A stretch of DNA of 58,306 bases, counting the filler, from Porpidia crustulata (taxonomy: Eukaryota): NCBI GenBank assembly GCA_964255105.1. It is 7 parts of 7 records of this genome, joined end to end, with 100 filler letters (N's around TTAATTAATTAA, not from the genome) between each part and the next. Parts side by side here need not be neighbours in the genome. Positions count along the whole stretch, not along the records: positions 1 to 8,276 come from CAXUWE010001144.1; positions 8,377 to 16,638 come from CAXUWE010001145.1; 5 more parts are not named here. One strand, written 5' to 3'. Every line of letters starts with the position of its first letter. Position 1 is the stretch's first letter. The translations under genes were made by a program, and so were the position numbers. The notes under the pieces were generated by a model. That model had not been told where the DNA came from. It worked only from the letters and a program-made list of their open reading frames with translations, and did no database searches. Positions 1-13,109 of this stretch are shown here, piece after piece.

Positions 1-2
1 CC

Positions 3-829
3 CTAGAACCGTGAACCCCCGTTCATGGCAGGATGGTGCGCCAGATCCGGGCGCTCGATGTCGTCGGCGGCGCTGAACTTGGAGAATTGCATGGGTTCTT
101 CGTTGATGGGGGAGGAGATGTTGCGCATGCCCGAGCCGGTGACGGGGGCCGAGATGTTGCGGGTTTGCTGGCGGGTTTCGGTGCGGTTGGTGTGGTAGCT
201 CGGGAGGGTGTCGGAGCGGCCGAGGTGGAAGGAGCGGCGTTTGCTCGTCAAGGGGCTGTAGGGTATTTTTTGGGCCGCCGCGGCACCGTGGGTGCGCACC
301 TGGCGGGCGGTGATGCCCATGGTCTTGTTGCGGAACATGAAGCTGGCGAAGAGGTTGATGACGCCGAGGATGACGACGACGATGCCGCTGGAGATGACAA
401 TCTGCCAGGCGGAGGTGCCGAGGGATTTCTCCGACGTGGCTTCTTTGTTGAGGTTGCCCAGGACGGAGACGCCGAGGATGATCATAAGGGTGCCGAGGGT
501 GACGAAGCCGGAGGTCGGGGCGAGGAGGGGCCAGTTCCGGGCGATGTAGGTGCGGAAGAGGGGGAGTTCGGTGAGCACGAGAGCGACTGGAGAAAGCCGT
601 GTTAGCTGTTGTAGTGCGAAAAAGTTGGGATTAGATACGTACGGCTCAGGCTTGCAGTCACGAAATGGCTGACGCCGTCGAAGAAGAAGAATTTGGAGAC
701 CACAAAGGTCTTGACCAGCATGACAGAGCTGGCAGCAATGACGGCGATGAGGCCAATTATGTTCATGACGCGGATGGTGTTGAGAATTATGTAGCCTGGA
801 CCGGCCAGGGAGCGCTTGAAGAGAGGCAT
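3..829 (-). CDS. Multi-pass (about 4 TM) membrane protein of unknown function, 2 exons
   Basis: ORFs 602-829 and 3-578 join through a GTACGT...CAG intron at 587-642, giving 257 codons. Several hydrophobic helices, then a Ser/Arg-rich tail. Confidence 0.75.
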
Positions 830-1813
830 TATTGTGTTCTGTGAGCGGTGGTATTAAAGGTCTTGACCTCGATTCCTAGCTTTTGATGAAGATAAATGTA
901 TAGCTATAATAAGTGTGGTAGATTCGATCCTGTCGAGTCAGATAATTAGGTGAAGACTGATTTGTAATGAAATGAAGAACAACTGAAGAAAGTAAGTAGT
1001 CTTGTCTTCAAGACTCGACAAAGAACAACAGACAATAAGGGTCGACGGTGATGAATGAGAAAGCAAGGTTTGTGAACAAAGAAAACGGTGAATAAGACAA
1101 TGAATCACGCTCTGCACACAAAGTTCAATTGTCTGTCTAGGGCACAATAGCTTCACTTGTAGAGCTTCCAAGCTGTCTTGGGATGGAACGCGAAGGCCGA
1201 AAAAGGGCCATCGGATTGGACAATGAAGAGCTTCCCCAGGGATATGCGCTCGGCTTCTTAGCTGCCATCCCAGAGAAATGATCTAATCCTGCAGTGGGGA
1301 TGCCCGTGGGTTCCTTTGAAGATGTGAGCCTGAGGGAAGGTAGTGGTTGTGGTTCATGGACGAATCCGGTTGCGTCGTTTCAAGTCCGTGTCTTGGCGGC
1401 TACACGTCGTTCTGAGACGTAGAAGCTACGCGCTGCTATTGAGTCACACTTCCGAAACGCATCGGCCAAGACTTTTCAGCTTGTAGTCATAGCTGTGGGC
1501 ATGGTATATCGTAGTCTTGTCAATGAAGAAGTGGAGCTGTAAGAGAGAGAGAGAGACAGGGACGTCCGAAGGTTTCGCGAGAATTCGCCTTGCGGAACAT
1601 CTTCCGTTTTAGGCTAGACTTGATGCCGGCGAACTGCGACATCAGCCCTACGGAGTCCACATGTGAAATTTATCTCTCAGCTTTCGTATTAATCCTACTC
1701 CAACATTTTTAAAACCCTTCAAAACCAACGTATCTCACACCACACAATCCCCTCCGCTCCGCCCTCCAGGCTCGCCCGTACATCTTTCCCTGCCGCCAAA
1801 CCTCTCTTCAACT

Positions 1814-2194
1814 ATGGCCCGAGGCAACCAGCGCGATAAAGCCCGCGAGAAGAACCAAAAGGAAACCGCTGGTCAGGTAAGAAGAATGACGGCCCTTCCG
1901 GTCTTTTGGGGCAGAGATGCTGATGCCTCTCGCAGAAAAAAAAGAATAATGTATGCTCGCTTCGACATCTGCTCCCATTTCCACTTCTGACGGAATTAGC
2001 AATCTGGCACTGAGTTTGCACGTACAAAGGAGCAGCAGGCGGCAATAATGCGGGCGAAGCAGGATGAAGGTATGTAATGCTACAAATCTGGAGCTGTGTG
2101 CAAGAAAGAACAATTTTAGGGTTACTCAAGGATGGGAGCTGATCGATATGGTGGAATAGCCGAGAAAAAGAAGCAGGCGGCAGCTGCTAAATAG
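1814..2194 (+). CDS. SERF/4F5-family small EDRK-rich factor, 60 aa, 4 exons
   Basis: Exons 1814-1876, 1936-1950, 2000-2069 and 2160-2194 give MARGNQRDKAREKNQKETAGQKKKNNQSGTEFARTKEQQAAIMRAKQDEAEKKKQAAAAK. MARGNQR is the SERF N-terminal signature. All introns are GT-AG. Absent from the ORF track. Confidence 0.92.
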
Positions 2195-2473
2195 AAGGAT
2201 GTGATTCCTGAGGGATAAAAAATTTATACGGGGGTTTTGGCATGAATTTGGAGTCAACGGCGGTGTCAATTTTTCTAAATGCGAACATTAGATGAGCTTA
2301 GAGGCGTTTGCTACAAGGCGTTTGAGACATTGCAGGCAAGTAGCAAGTCAAAAGTTTGAGAACGACAATATGTGCGCATTGGGATATCTAAAGGTCAAGG
2401 GCTGAAGTAGAACACGAGGACGCCAAGCAAACCCATTTTGACCCCCCTTTATCCGATTCCCTTCCATGTTCCT

Positions 2474-4544
2474 TCATACAGGGGAAGACTGGCACTCATC
2501 CGATGAGTTCCCGTCGGACTTTGCTGACTCGCTTTTGAATATGTTGTTTCTCGACCCCTGCTCCGACATGAGCATATCTGCTGCGGGTGCCAGATCCATC
2601 TCCCCATCTGGTGATATGTCGAGACTGTGCGTGACTGCACTTGCCCTGCAAGGTTGCTCGTAGAGCATCGGCGCCCATACCTTCCAGTGCAGGGCCGCGA
2701 TATGTGCTATGCGCATGGCGATATTTGGTAGGTTATCATGTTCGATTTGCGCTCCTTGGGATGGGTCGTAGGGAACCATGGACGGTCGACGCGCAAGAAC
2801 CGGATCAAAGTGGTTGAGAGTTTGCAGGGGTGTTTTATCCATGACAGCTGCCATCTCTTGACTGACTGACTTTCTTAAACATTCGCGAAGCATGCTCCGA
2901 ACCTCTTGAAACTCATCAGTCTCCTCGTCCCACGCATGCACGAGCAACTTTGCGGTAGCTTCGACCAAGGTTTCCCTGGGAAGACTCTCGTTTCCTGTGC
3001 ATTGGTATGCTGCTCGAACGATCTCCAAAGCTATGTTTGTTACAACCGGTAGCTGACCGTAATTGAATTGGGGAAACTCTGCGAAGGCGCTTATGCGGCA
3101 CAGCAGATTTTTGAGCGAATGTTCTGGAGGCAGCCCGAATGAACCCAATGCTTCGAGCGTCTTGACAAAGACTCGGCCACACAATAGCTGCTTGCAGAAC
3201 AAGTCGAGTTCTATCTGTAGGATAGCAATGCGGTCGACATCGTATCTGAAAGTAGGTGGGACGCTTCCGCAGCCGTCGACAATCAAGTCGATAGTTCTAT
3301 ATGTAAATGCAGAAAGCCGGGACTCAGGAGATTGCGGCGCTTGAATTGTGGTTTCTGATTCGACATGCTGGAACCAAGAGCGTACGTTTGTCAGATCTAA
3401 TCCACTCGATATCTCACGTAAAATATTCTTTTGCTCGAAATGAATGGTATCTTCTACCATGAGCAAGCGTAGGTATCTTATCTGATGATTCGCAACATCC
3501 TGCGAATAGTTTAGCTTTGATCCGTCTCACAAGCACTAAGGGGTGACTCACCAATTTCATCAGCTCCAAAACTCCAAAGAGATCTCTCAGACCCTTGACC
3601 AAGAGGTATGGATTGTTGTTTTCAAAACCATTCCGTATGCTTGAGACCATATCGATGACCACATGATCACGCTGAGGTGAACAGCAACGCTGGAGTAGAC
3701 CACCCAACCATTCAATCAGCGTTGGGATATCGCATACACCTTTCTCTAGTTGCCGTAGTATTAGATCAATATCCAGTCTGTCATCTATCATCGTCCACTC
3801 GGATCCCGGAACGAGGGTCTTCAATATTTCCTGGATCGCTTTGAACATCCCAGGCAGTCGAAGCGGCACGTGCCGTAGTGAAGGCGGTCTCTGAAGCCAA
3901 AGGGAGGTACTGACGGGTTCTGAACTTGACGGGTTAGACGACTCGCTCTGCCGCTGAGTGATGTAGATTGCGAACTCGGTGATCAAAGCCTCCCAATATG
4001 TATCCGCTTCCAGCTTTTTCCTCTTGCCGCGGTCTCCGCACGTGTTTGGTCTAAATGAGACTTCTCGCTCAAAATTAAGATCATGTCTTAATCTGACGTC
4101 GTTGATAATTCTGGCTAATTCTAGCTCACTGAGGGACTCTTTGGTGATAGGTGGGTCAGGACTAGCAGCCCAGAGATAGCTAAGGCTGGTAGCTCGCGAT
4201 TGTAAACCGCGCATCCTTTCCACAGTCAGAGACAATGGTGAGCTCTCGGTTGTCATGCTTCCGTGCGCCTGCAGTATCCCGGGCGTCGACGGCTCGGTTT
4301 TGAGCGGTGAAAGAGCCTCTATAAATCTGCGGTCCGTTGTTGGTCTTTGTTGTGGAGGGCGGTTCGAAAATGACCTATTCTCTGGAATGATCGTTTGGTT
4401 GCATGGTTCAGGAGCTGGACGGACAATATTTTGAGTACTGTGACGATTCAGACATGATGAGTGGTCTGAGATTGGCAATTCACGTAAAAGTGAAGGATTC
4501 GCTGTCGTGTGCGTCGACCCCGGCGCCAGTTTACGGAGTGTCAT
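2474..4544 (-). CDS. SOK1: T-complex protein 11 (TCP11) domain protein, Sok1-like
   Basis: Motifs PPITKESLSEL, LRHDLNF...FRPN, CCSPQRD and LELMKL|DVANHQIR, the last joined across intron 3500-3551. Confidence 0.88.
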
Positions 4545-7364
4545 CGCAAATCGCGAATTCTGTCACTACTGCCAAGGCTGAGATCACTTTGACTCATTGA
4601 CAAGATTCTTTGCGACCTGTGCTGAATTGAAGTAGTTCTGCTCAGAGTATTTTATTTGGATGTAGCACATGGAGACGTGGCAATCCGCTTGCTCGCAAAC
4701 AGTCTTGACGCCTTTATTGTCGCTGGGCGCAGAACTTCAAAGATTCACCAAGGAAGACTTAACGCAGTCAAAGAAGTTTGAGTTCTCGTTTAACATGAAA
4801 GAAGATATCCGTCCGCTTTACACTCGTAAAGCATGAATCTCTTGTAAGAGAACTCAAGATGGGGTTGGTAAAGCACAAAAAAGCGTGGTCGATGCACTGG
4901 TCTCCAAAGAGATTCACAAAGGAATAAAAAACCGCACTTGAGTGATGAGAGAAGATGAAAAGCAAAAGTATCTACAGAACAATCATAGACACCATCATTC
5001 ATCTGCACTGATGCCTTGGAATCAACTTACCAATCGTAGAAAATGAGGCTGAGCCGGGCCGCAAATGGCGTAGGGTTTGACGCGTAGAGAAGCGTTTGAG
5101 ATGGCAAACTTGTGTAATTGTATGGGCAACGTTTGAGCAAGACGGGGCATCTGTTGAGAGCAATTTGCTGTCTTTCGAATGGACAGACAGGGCCAGCTAT
5201 CATACTATGATAGTGACAACGGGTACGGGTAGTGCATGTGAACTGGCGGCTGATCGAAGCCGAAGTTTCCGCTTTTCCGCCAACCAGTCATGGCGGTCTA
5301 GGAAATAAGGCGGCCTTTCAGGTCCGGTCAATCCTCCGCCGCCCCACCACCTTTGTAGACCCATTTACTTAAAACAACCAGGATATGGGACTTCCGAACC
5401 CATCTAATCTGCGCCCTGGCAGCCTCGGCTTTGACCCTGATCTGCGGTTGATTATGGGTGGAAAGGAAATCATGGCCATTGGTCTTATGCACGTAGGAGT
5501 ACGGTGAAATCATGGAGAAGTAGAGCGGCCAATCGATTCAATCGGCCTGTGATTGGCTAAGATAAAGAATCCCTTTCGCCTTGTGGATCATCTGGACCAG
5601 ACATTTTCAATGTCGAGCGATGCCTTCGGGCCCTCGTATGTTCTCCTAGATTCTGTGAAGGCAAGCGACAATGGCAGAGTGATTGTGTGATCCGAAAGCC
5701 GGATAGGCACATGGCAGCTGAGAATTGGCGGTGGGCTTCATCTCAGTACAGATGGTACAAGGTGGAAGGAAATCTTCACCTCTCTCTAGATGACAGTTGC
5801 GAATCTTCAGTAAGTCTCGCTGATTGCAACACGGCTTCGTATCCGCGTAGGTACAATTATAATGACATCGTCGGTGCTGAGTCGCAGGTAAGCACACGGT
5901 AACCGCGCTAGAAATTTTCCATTGCTGCCCAATGATTGCCATTCATTGAGGGAAGCTGTCGAGACTGTAGCGTATGTGAGCCAAGATGTGAGAACCGGCA
6001 GGCACCCAATTGAACATGCTGCTCCTTATGCACAGACTCGCAATCTGTGCAGATCTTCCTTGCTTTGGATCTGCATGACAGAGAATGTAATCCCAAATCA
6101 TACTGTGTCGACTCAATGGCCTTTTAAGCTAATGATGTACCAGCTTCGCCTAAGAGTGTCCTGGAAAGTGAGGCATCCAAAGCACCCTAAGCGTCCATAG
6201 TCGGCCGATACCTCCAGCGTGATAAGCGAACCCCGCACCAACCACAAGCCGTTTTGATACGATCAAGGCGTCAACTGCATATGAAGCCTATCTCAACCTC
6301 AACACTATCATTGACAGAAGGGAGAGTTTAAAAGATGAGCGGGCAAAAGAGATGGACGAACGAAGCAACGGTGAATCAGTCATGGTACCTAGTGTAGGCA
6401 CTGACCGTTCTGTCATAGACAGAGTCTACACTGGCACAACTGGTACTAGAGAAGTTAGGAGCTTCTGACCACTTTAGCGTACGGGAAGATGGATCACATC
6501 TACTCACAGTGATGTCTCAAAATGAGACAGAGAGGGCATGGAATGAGCCTCAAAATATGCTTGAGCCAGGCAGTCATGCCAAGGGAGTAATGGCATGCAT
6601 GAAGAAAGTATTTGAATAGGATTCATACGCAGCAGTGACCGGAAAGCAAGATGTTGTTTAAAGACAGTCCTCGAGAGCTGGAACTGTAATATATGCAGCC
6701 CACAGACTGTCAAGTTCATGCAAGCCTCGAACTTATGGGAATTTCTCGTCGATGAAGACAAGCTTTGAACGGCGTCTGGCAAGCTAATGCTCGACTGAAC
6801 GACTAAGATCATAAGCTCTTAGTATCCAATGTTGCCCAACTGAAGAGGATTGAGCACCTTTCCAAGGTTCGTTGCGATATACAGGAGTGTTGTGCATAGG
6901 CAATGGAGCCATCTGGTTGTACTTTCACCTTGGCTGCATTCTTCATCAAATGGCAAAGTCTGGGGCGGATAAATAGTAGATTGCGTGTCTTTTTTTTGGT
7001 TACCACCACTATTATTCCTCATGCTGAGACTTGTCATGATCAAACTGTACAACTTCCATTCTCCTCATACCTACGTCGATAATATGAAGGAACTCGGGGT
7101 CATTCACTTTATCAAGCCTTGCTATTGTCCTCGACGACACATATGTTGTCATCTCTAACTTCTAGAGCGTTGGATAAATTCATGAGATGTTGCCATTAAT
7201 CTCCTTTACATTCACTGCTAGACTACCGTAGAACTGGATGTAACAGCGTTACAGCTCCTATCATCTTCCAATCCCAAGACAGAGTAAGGTATCACGGATT
7301 AGAGAAAACATCGTACCTCATTTACAATTTCAATTCAATCTCACTTGTACGAAATTCGTTCGTA

Positions 7365-8276
7365 ATGACTGCAAATATGTTTGTGTCCATTTTGTGCCTG
7401 TTTCTTATAAACTCCAGAATTCATGCTAGTGCAACACAAGACCACGCCACGTCCTTTGGGCGACATGCCACCAAGTACGCTGTTGGTGCTCTTCCACACG
7501 CTGAGTTCTTACCAAAGAGTTGGGCTGGACCCATCTCGATTCCAAATCCAGGCAATGATGAGCTCTTCTTTTGGCTTTTCGAGGCGGAAACCAAAACGAA
7601 CAATCTTATAAGTATGGCAGACCAAGATCACCACAGCTTGAATACTAATAGATTCTTAGTTTGGCTCAACGGTGGGCCAGGGTGTTCATCCCTCGATGGG
7701 TTGACAAAAGAAAACGGTCCGCTTCGATTCGCCGGCAACCAATCTACACCGTCGGCAAACCCCTATTCCTGGACCAAACTCGCAAACGTGCTCTATATTG
7801 ATCAGCCTGTCGGCACTGGTTTTGCCGACGGCAACGATCCGGCGACGAGCAATGCTATGGTCACGCAACAATTTTATGCTTGGTTGAAAGCCTTCTACGC
7901 CGTGTTCCCTGATTTGCTGTCGCAAAATACCCATCTGATAGGGGAGTCGTATGCTGGCATCTACGTAAGTTTGTGTGCTTATATTTAGCTTGAGATTTAA
8001 GCACGGTCTTGTGGACACGAAAGAAACTGATAATGTATCTGACCAAATCTACCCAGCTAACAAGACGTAGATCCCCTATTTCGCCCAAGCCATCCTCGCC
8101 AACAAGACTTCCCTCCCCATCAACCTGAAATCCATCAGCATCGGCGACGGCGTCTGGGGAAACATGGCAGGACTAACAGACCTCGTCTCCACTCAGTTCC
8201 TCCACCAACACCACCACTTCCTCCAAATCCCCCCGGCCATCCTAACCGCCTTCCAAGACGCCGACCGCGCCTGCGG
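7365..8276 (+). CDS. Secreted serine carboxypeptidase (peptidase S10), 3' end lost at gap
   Basis: Signal peptide, LFFW, WLNGGPGCSSLDG, NPYSW, YIDQPVGTGF and catalytic GESYAG. Introns at about 7612-7659 and 7965-8070. Confidence 0.93.
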
Positions 8277-8376
8277 NNNNNNNNNNNNNNNNNNNNNNNN
8301 NNNNNNNNNNNNNNNNNNNNTTAATTAATTAANNNNNNNNNNNNNNNNNNNNNNNNNNNNNNNNNNNNNNNNNNNN
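8277..8376. other. Artificial contig spacer (N44-TTAATTAATTAA-N44)
   Basis: 100-nt N run with a six-frame stop linker, repeated identically six times in the window. Confidence 0.99.
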
Positions 8377-8811
8377 TTGAATAATAATAAAAATAGTATG
8401 GGTTACAAATCGGGTTTGGGGTGTGCACGGGCCCGGGAATACTCCTACATGATTGATTTAAAGCTAGCGTGGCTGAACTGGCAGTAAATACGAGTAGATA
8501 TCTAGGACTGCACTCTAATCCAATCGATCATGAAAATTTCTCAAGTATGGATATGGTGTCTTTCTGCTGTCGAATAGACATTGAGTCGCAAACGTCGTGT
8601 TAAGCCACAGTTGCACAGCTGCGTCTAACCACGTAGCTGATAGGTTAGATTTGTCAGGCATGCAAGCAACCACTTCTAATTCTGGTGATCCTCTCAAGAA
8701 AGATCAGTTGAAAAGACACGGCGCTATCGCCTTGCGGCATATCATCTATCTACACGTTCTTTCAAAGACTATCCGTAAACGCGTTTCAATACGATAACGT
8801 TTCTATCGACA

Positions 8812-11717
8812 ATGAACCATCTTCCAATCCCTGTGGAGGCTTCAGATCTAGCAGTAGAAATTCCCTTTCTTGGCGGCGAGCACTATGTCACATCATCGCT
8901 GAATGAGCAACTCTTCAGCGATTTTCAAAACGCTCAAGGGTTCCAATGCGCGCATGAGAGAGGCTGGGTGGAATGGAAGGGCTCGGGGACAGCCATGCTA
9001 GAATTCTATCAAAGATGGCTGTATTTTGGGCTAATGGCAGCTGTGTTCCATAAGACCATCTCGACAGAACATTTTGTCGAAACGAGTGGTTATAGTGGGA
9101 AAAAGATTATTCAGTCTCGTATGCTGCCGAGTCTTATCAAGGCGCAAGGAGGGCTCTCATGGCGTGTGAGGCGGAAATCTGCGTGTCGATGCCTCCGTAT
9201 CGCTTTGAATCACTGTCTATATCTTGATCAACCGCAAATATTTATCAACGGGCCGGAAGAACCTGAGCTCGAGATCACTTCGTCTCAAATCCTACTTTCA
9301 ATCAAAATACTTATCGATGCATTGTTGCCAGCCTTGGACTTGACAGCCGATGTCAGATTAATGAGGAATCAATTGAAGCCCTGGTCAGAAAGGCTGAGTC
9401 GTGAGCCGCCATCAGCCACGATCCTCACAGCTTCTATGAGAAGGAATGGGTGGTGTCCATTTCGCCTTCATCATATGTTGACCCAATTCTCATATCAAAG
9501 TCTTTACTACCTGGCCCGCACAAAACCTCGAGGTCGGAAAGCGGATCATAGCGCTTGCTAGAATATGGGAAAGTGCATTGGTGATAATGTTCTAGATGGT
9601 CAATTCAAACCTCAGCATGTGTGCGGGACTCCATGTCCTAGCGAAGATATGTGTCCTAGCGTGCCGTCACCAATGGAAGACGTTGAACGGCTCATTCAGC
9701 ATGGCAAAATTCCCCTGATTTCCTGGAACGGATCCAAACTTAATGTAATTGAAGCTGGTCCTGGCCTACGTTACACTGCGATTACGCATGTGTGGGCCGA
9801 AGGTCTCGGTAGGTTGGAGGATAGAAGGTCCCTGCTTATAGCGTGATTAATGCAGCTCAGGTAACAGCGAAGACATCTCCTTACCCAAATGCCAGCTTGA
9901 CCGCCTTCAAAAATATTTAGAGGGCTTGGCAGGTGACACGCCTTTCAGAAGATCAAGGTCAGATCTGACACTAATTCCTCAGAAAATGGGGCCAACGTCA
10001 CAACGTGGACATTCAGGCCTGTCTGGTAAGATACTGGAGTATGCTGGGATCCGGGGAAAGAAGGAACAATATTTCTGGCTCGACACACTTTGCATACCTG
10101 TTGTCAAGAAAAGTCAGATAGTCGGACACAATGACCGAACCGATGATATACGAAAGCATAATGAGAAGAAGAAACATTTAAAAATGGTGGCAATCTCTCA
10201 TATGACACCGATCTACGTGGGTGCTTGGAGGGTACTCATGCTCGACTCGGAAATGTTAAGTACCCCGTGTTTTACAAGTGTTCCAGAGATTCATGCAGGA
10301 ATAGTAAGATCCGCCTGGATGGGTAGACATTGGACCATGCAAGAATCCTATCTCACTCAAAACCTATCGATGGCCATGAAAGATGGATTTTTCCACGCAA
10401 AAAAGAAAACGCCAATTAGCAGTGTGGCCGTGGTACTGAGTTTGGAGCAAGAGCTCCACGAGAGTACAGTTATGAACTCCGTTGGCAATCTCGACCACCT
10501 TGAAACCAACGAAGAGAAAAAGGAACACGGACTCTCGGGACGGGACATTCAGCTCATGCGTGCATGGAATGCTTTACTCGGGAGGTCAACCTCGCAACCC
10601 GAGGACGTGATTGGTATTTACGCCAATTTGCTTGATTTCGATGCCCAAGAAATCTTGGCCTTGAGTGTCTCTCCGGAGGAACGAATCAAAGCTATATTTA
10701 GTGCTCAAGACACTATGCCCCTAGCATTGCTCTTCAGTCAATCATCTAGGATCCAATCACGGAACCTGTTCGATCGATGGGTGCCAAATCTCCCAGGAGA
10801 TTGCCGAGTTGGTCTATATCCGAATTTAGGTTCAGCGGAGGTGATTGCTGGTAAAGGGTTAAAGATACACCAGCTTGGTTCAAAGTCTACGTTTGTGGCC
10901 TTTTTGCTACCGGCCCCGAACACAGGATACACCAAAGTTCGGATGATGAATGCAATATCCGGGAATGAAATCTGCTTCTGGCTTCACAATACTGACACCG
11001 GGCATCACTTTTCGGATTTAAATCGGTCAAGCCAACACAGTAGCGTCAGTCTTGCTACATCTAGGCCAGATCAATCAAGGCTTCTGTTACTTGAACGAGG
11101 AGCGCTCTTTGATCGAAACCTTTCGAGTTCGAATTATGTTGGTTGTGGAGCGACCTTGTGTGATGTTCAGATCCAAGGAAGCACTGCAAGTGCTATATTC
11201 GATTCTGCGCTGTCATTCTGTCAGCTTAGCTGGGTTGAGCCAGGTTCTTCAATTACGGAAAGTCCCATCGTTGACGTCAAGCTGTTGCACGACTTGAGTA
11301 GCATTCTTGTGAAGACCAGTAAGACTCCCACTATCGTTGTCGTAAGCATTTCATGAACGCCGCTGATTCTTTATCTGAAAAGAAATATCTCGAACGTACA
11401 AAAAGCTTTACCGAAGGCCATTTGACGCAGCTATCAACACGGGGCGCTTCAATAATCACATTGGATTACCCATATTTTGGGGAGTTACCTTTCTCGATAT
11501 CGCCGTCTTCGGTATTGTCGAGTGGCGTTATCATTCGACGTGGTCAATGCTGCTTCTAATATTTTCTTTCCTGCTTGTGTTCCTGTCGACGTATCTGATC
11601 TACCAATTCAATCACAGGAAGGCGTACAACAAGTGGCTGGCGAGCTTCTCCGGCAACGGCAGTCTTACTTTTCATGCACACTCAGATGGTCCCAGATCCA
11701 TTGAGCGTTCCGTGTAA
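8812..11717 (+). pseudogene. HET (heterokaryon incompatibility) domain protein with two C-terminal TM helices; one in-frame TAG at 9559-9561 (pseudogene or recoded gene)
   Basis: Exons 8812-9808, 9861-11318 and 11383-11717 give 930 codons. Motifs: QRWLYFGL, GWCP, YTAITHVWAEGLGN...LPKCQL, FWLDTLCIP, WMGRHWTMQE, WNAL.GRST. The last exon encodes two hydrophobic segments. The only disablement seen is TGC-TAG-AAT. Confidence 0.82.
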
Positions 11718-12891
11718 ATAAAGAGCAGGTGACTATTTTACAGGCATAGGGGATTGGGATGTGCCAGGAAGGTATGACAGATCAGCGAGCTACTACACTA
11801 CTCGAAGAGCAAGTCAATGGGTTTAACCAATAGATCAAAGAAGGTCGCTGCAATACGGTAGGTTCAAGGCTCATGTTTGCCTGCGTCGAAACCGGCTAAT
11901 AATCATCACTGACAGTGGCCTGCGTCGAACATCTAGTGCTGAGCAGATACTACGCCTGTAAAATGCACAAGCCAAGCTGTTAACATGGTGTGTCTAAAAT
12001 CATCGCACGCGGCGTGGAGAGCAGGCTCTCTGACACCTCATGCGCACACGGCATGGCCCCCAATGCATTCAGAGAGATGACGCCTTGTCTCCTGGCTCCC
12101 CAATGTTGTTGAATGCCACAGTGGAATATCGCCCCCAAGCTAAGTTCCTTTAAACAGACCCCTTGCTGCAGGGTTTTTGAACCGGCCAATCAATCAACAA
12201 AAGCATGCTGTAACCACCCGCTTTGAAGATGAAAATCCTCACTGCAAAGGCTCTTTGGTGCCGAGGACCTGCATTCCACCATGAAGCGCTTCGACACAAA
12301 GATTGAATCCCATTGTCTGACGTCGATTGAGATCGCAATTCGCTGGATAGCGCTCCACTCGGCATTGAAAGACTAAGATGTGGTTGTAGTTGGGTACGAG
12401 TGAGACCGAGGAGGTTCAGGGCTTGGTTGGTGTGCAGAATAAGAACTCGTTGCTCAAAGGAAACCACTGAAAGTAGCGGAAGACGTTTGGGATATGCACA
12501 AAGGTAGCCGGGGATCATTTTCGACAGTCTCACCATGGTTTACCATTAATTCACGAGATTGCTTACCAAGAGGATAACGAATCGCTGGTGATTTTCTTCG
12601 AAGCAGCCATCTCCAGTGGTACCGATGCGTTGCTGCGCCCCAAGTAATTACCTACACGATCAGTGTTGAACTTCCATGGAAGAAATACGGCATCTGCTTG
12701 ATAAAACTTGATGATGAATGTATTGCTATTGACTTGGATTTGTATTGATGTCTTTGTAGGGTGGGCTGGTAAAACAGCTTGTGATACTTTAATTTGAAAA
12801 TGTACCTTTTCATATGATATCGAAGAAACTGTTACTTGTTGGTGTCGTTCTCCCCCTTTGAACGGACCACCCTAACCAAATCTGGTGAATA

Positions 12892-12905
12892 TAACCCTAA
12901 CCCTA
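12892..12905. promoter_or_regulatory. Telomere-like motif TAACCCTAACCCTA, about 205 nt upstream of the kinase ATG
   Basis: Seen directly; a second CCCTAACC lies at 12870-12877. Regulatory role is inferred. Confidence 0.5.
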
Positions 12906-13109
12906 GGCTAGATGGTCCACGCAAAACACTCATCTGGTGAATTTCGATAAAGATATCTAAAACTAATCTCTTCCAATGCTTTGGCATGAACTTCACTCTG
13001 TGGCCGGTTATAGTACACAGGCACAGTGACTTCAGGCAGCTCTGTCCTTCCACATCAAAGCTGGCAGCTCACTACAGGCTACACATCTTCTTACCCTGTA
13101 CGCTGCCAG

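Noticed and set aside
33..605. Long antisense ORFs (33-605, 32149-32751, 41950-42378, 48835-49317 and similar)
   Set aside because: Shadow frames of real genes on the opposite strand, favoured by GC-rich codon bias; no recognisable motifs.
4545..7364. Short ORFs in the long SOK1-carboxypeptidase intergenic region
   Set aside because: No motifs, codon bias or coherent splice structure; consistent with a long regulatory region.
8321..8332. TTAATTAATTAA recurring about every 8.3 kb as a periodic biological repeat
   Set aside because: Always centred in N runs; it is an assembly linker with stops in all six frames.
12150..12536. 128-aa minus-strand ORF between the HET gene and the kinase
   Set aside because: No recognisable domain; length is compatible with chance.
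12892..12905. TAACCCTAA as a telomerase RNA template or a true telomere
   Set aside because: Several equivalent copies exist, each only about two units long and internal. No other telomerase RNA element was recognised.
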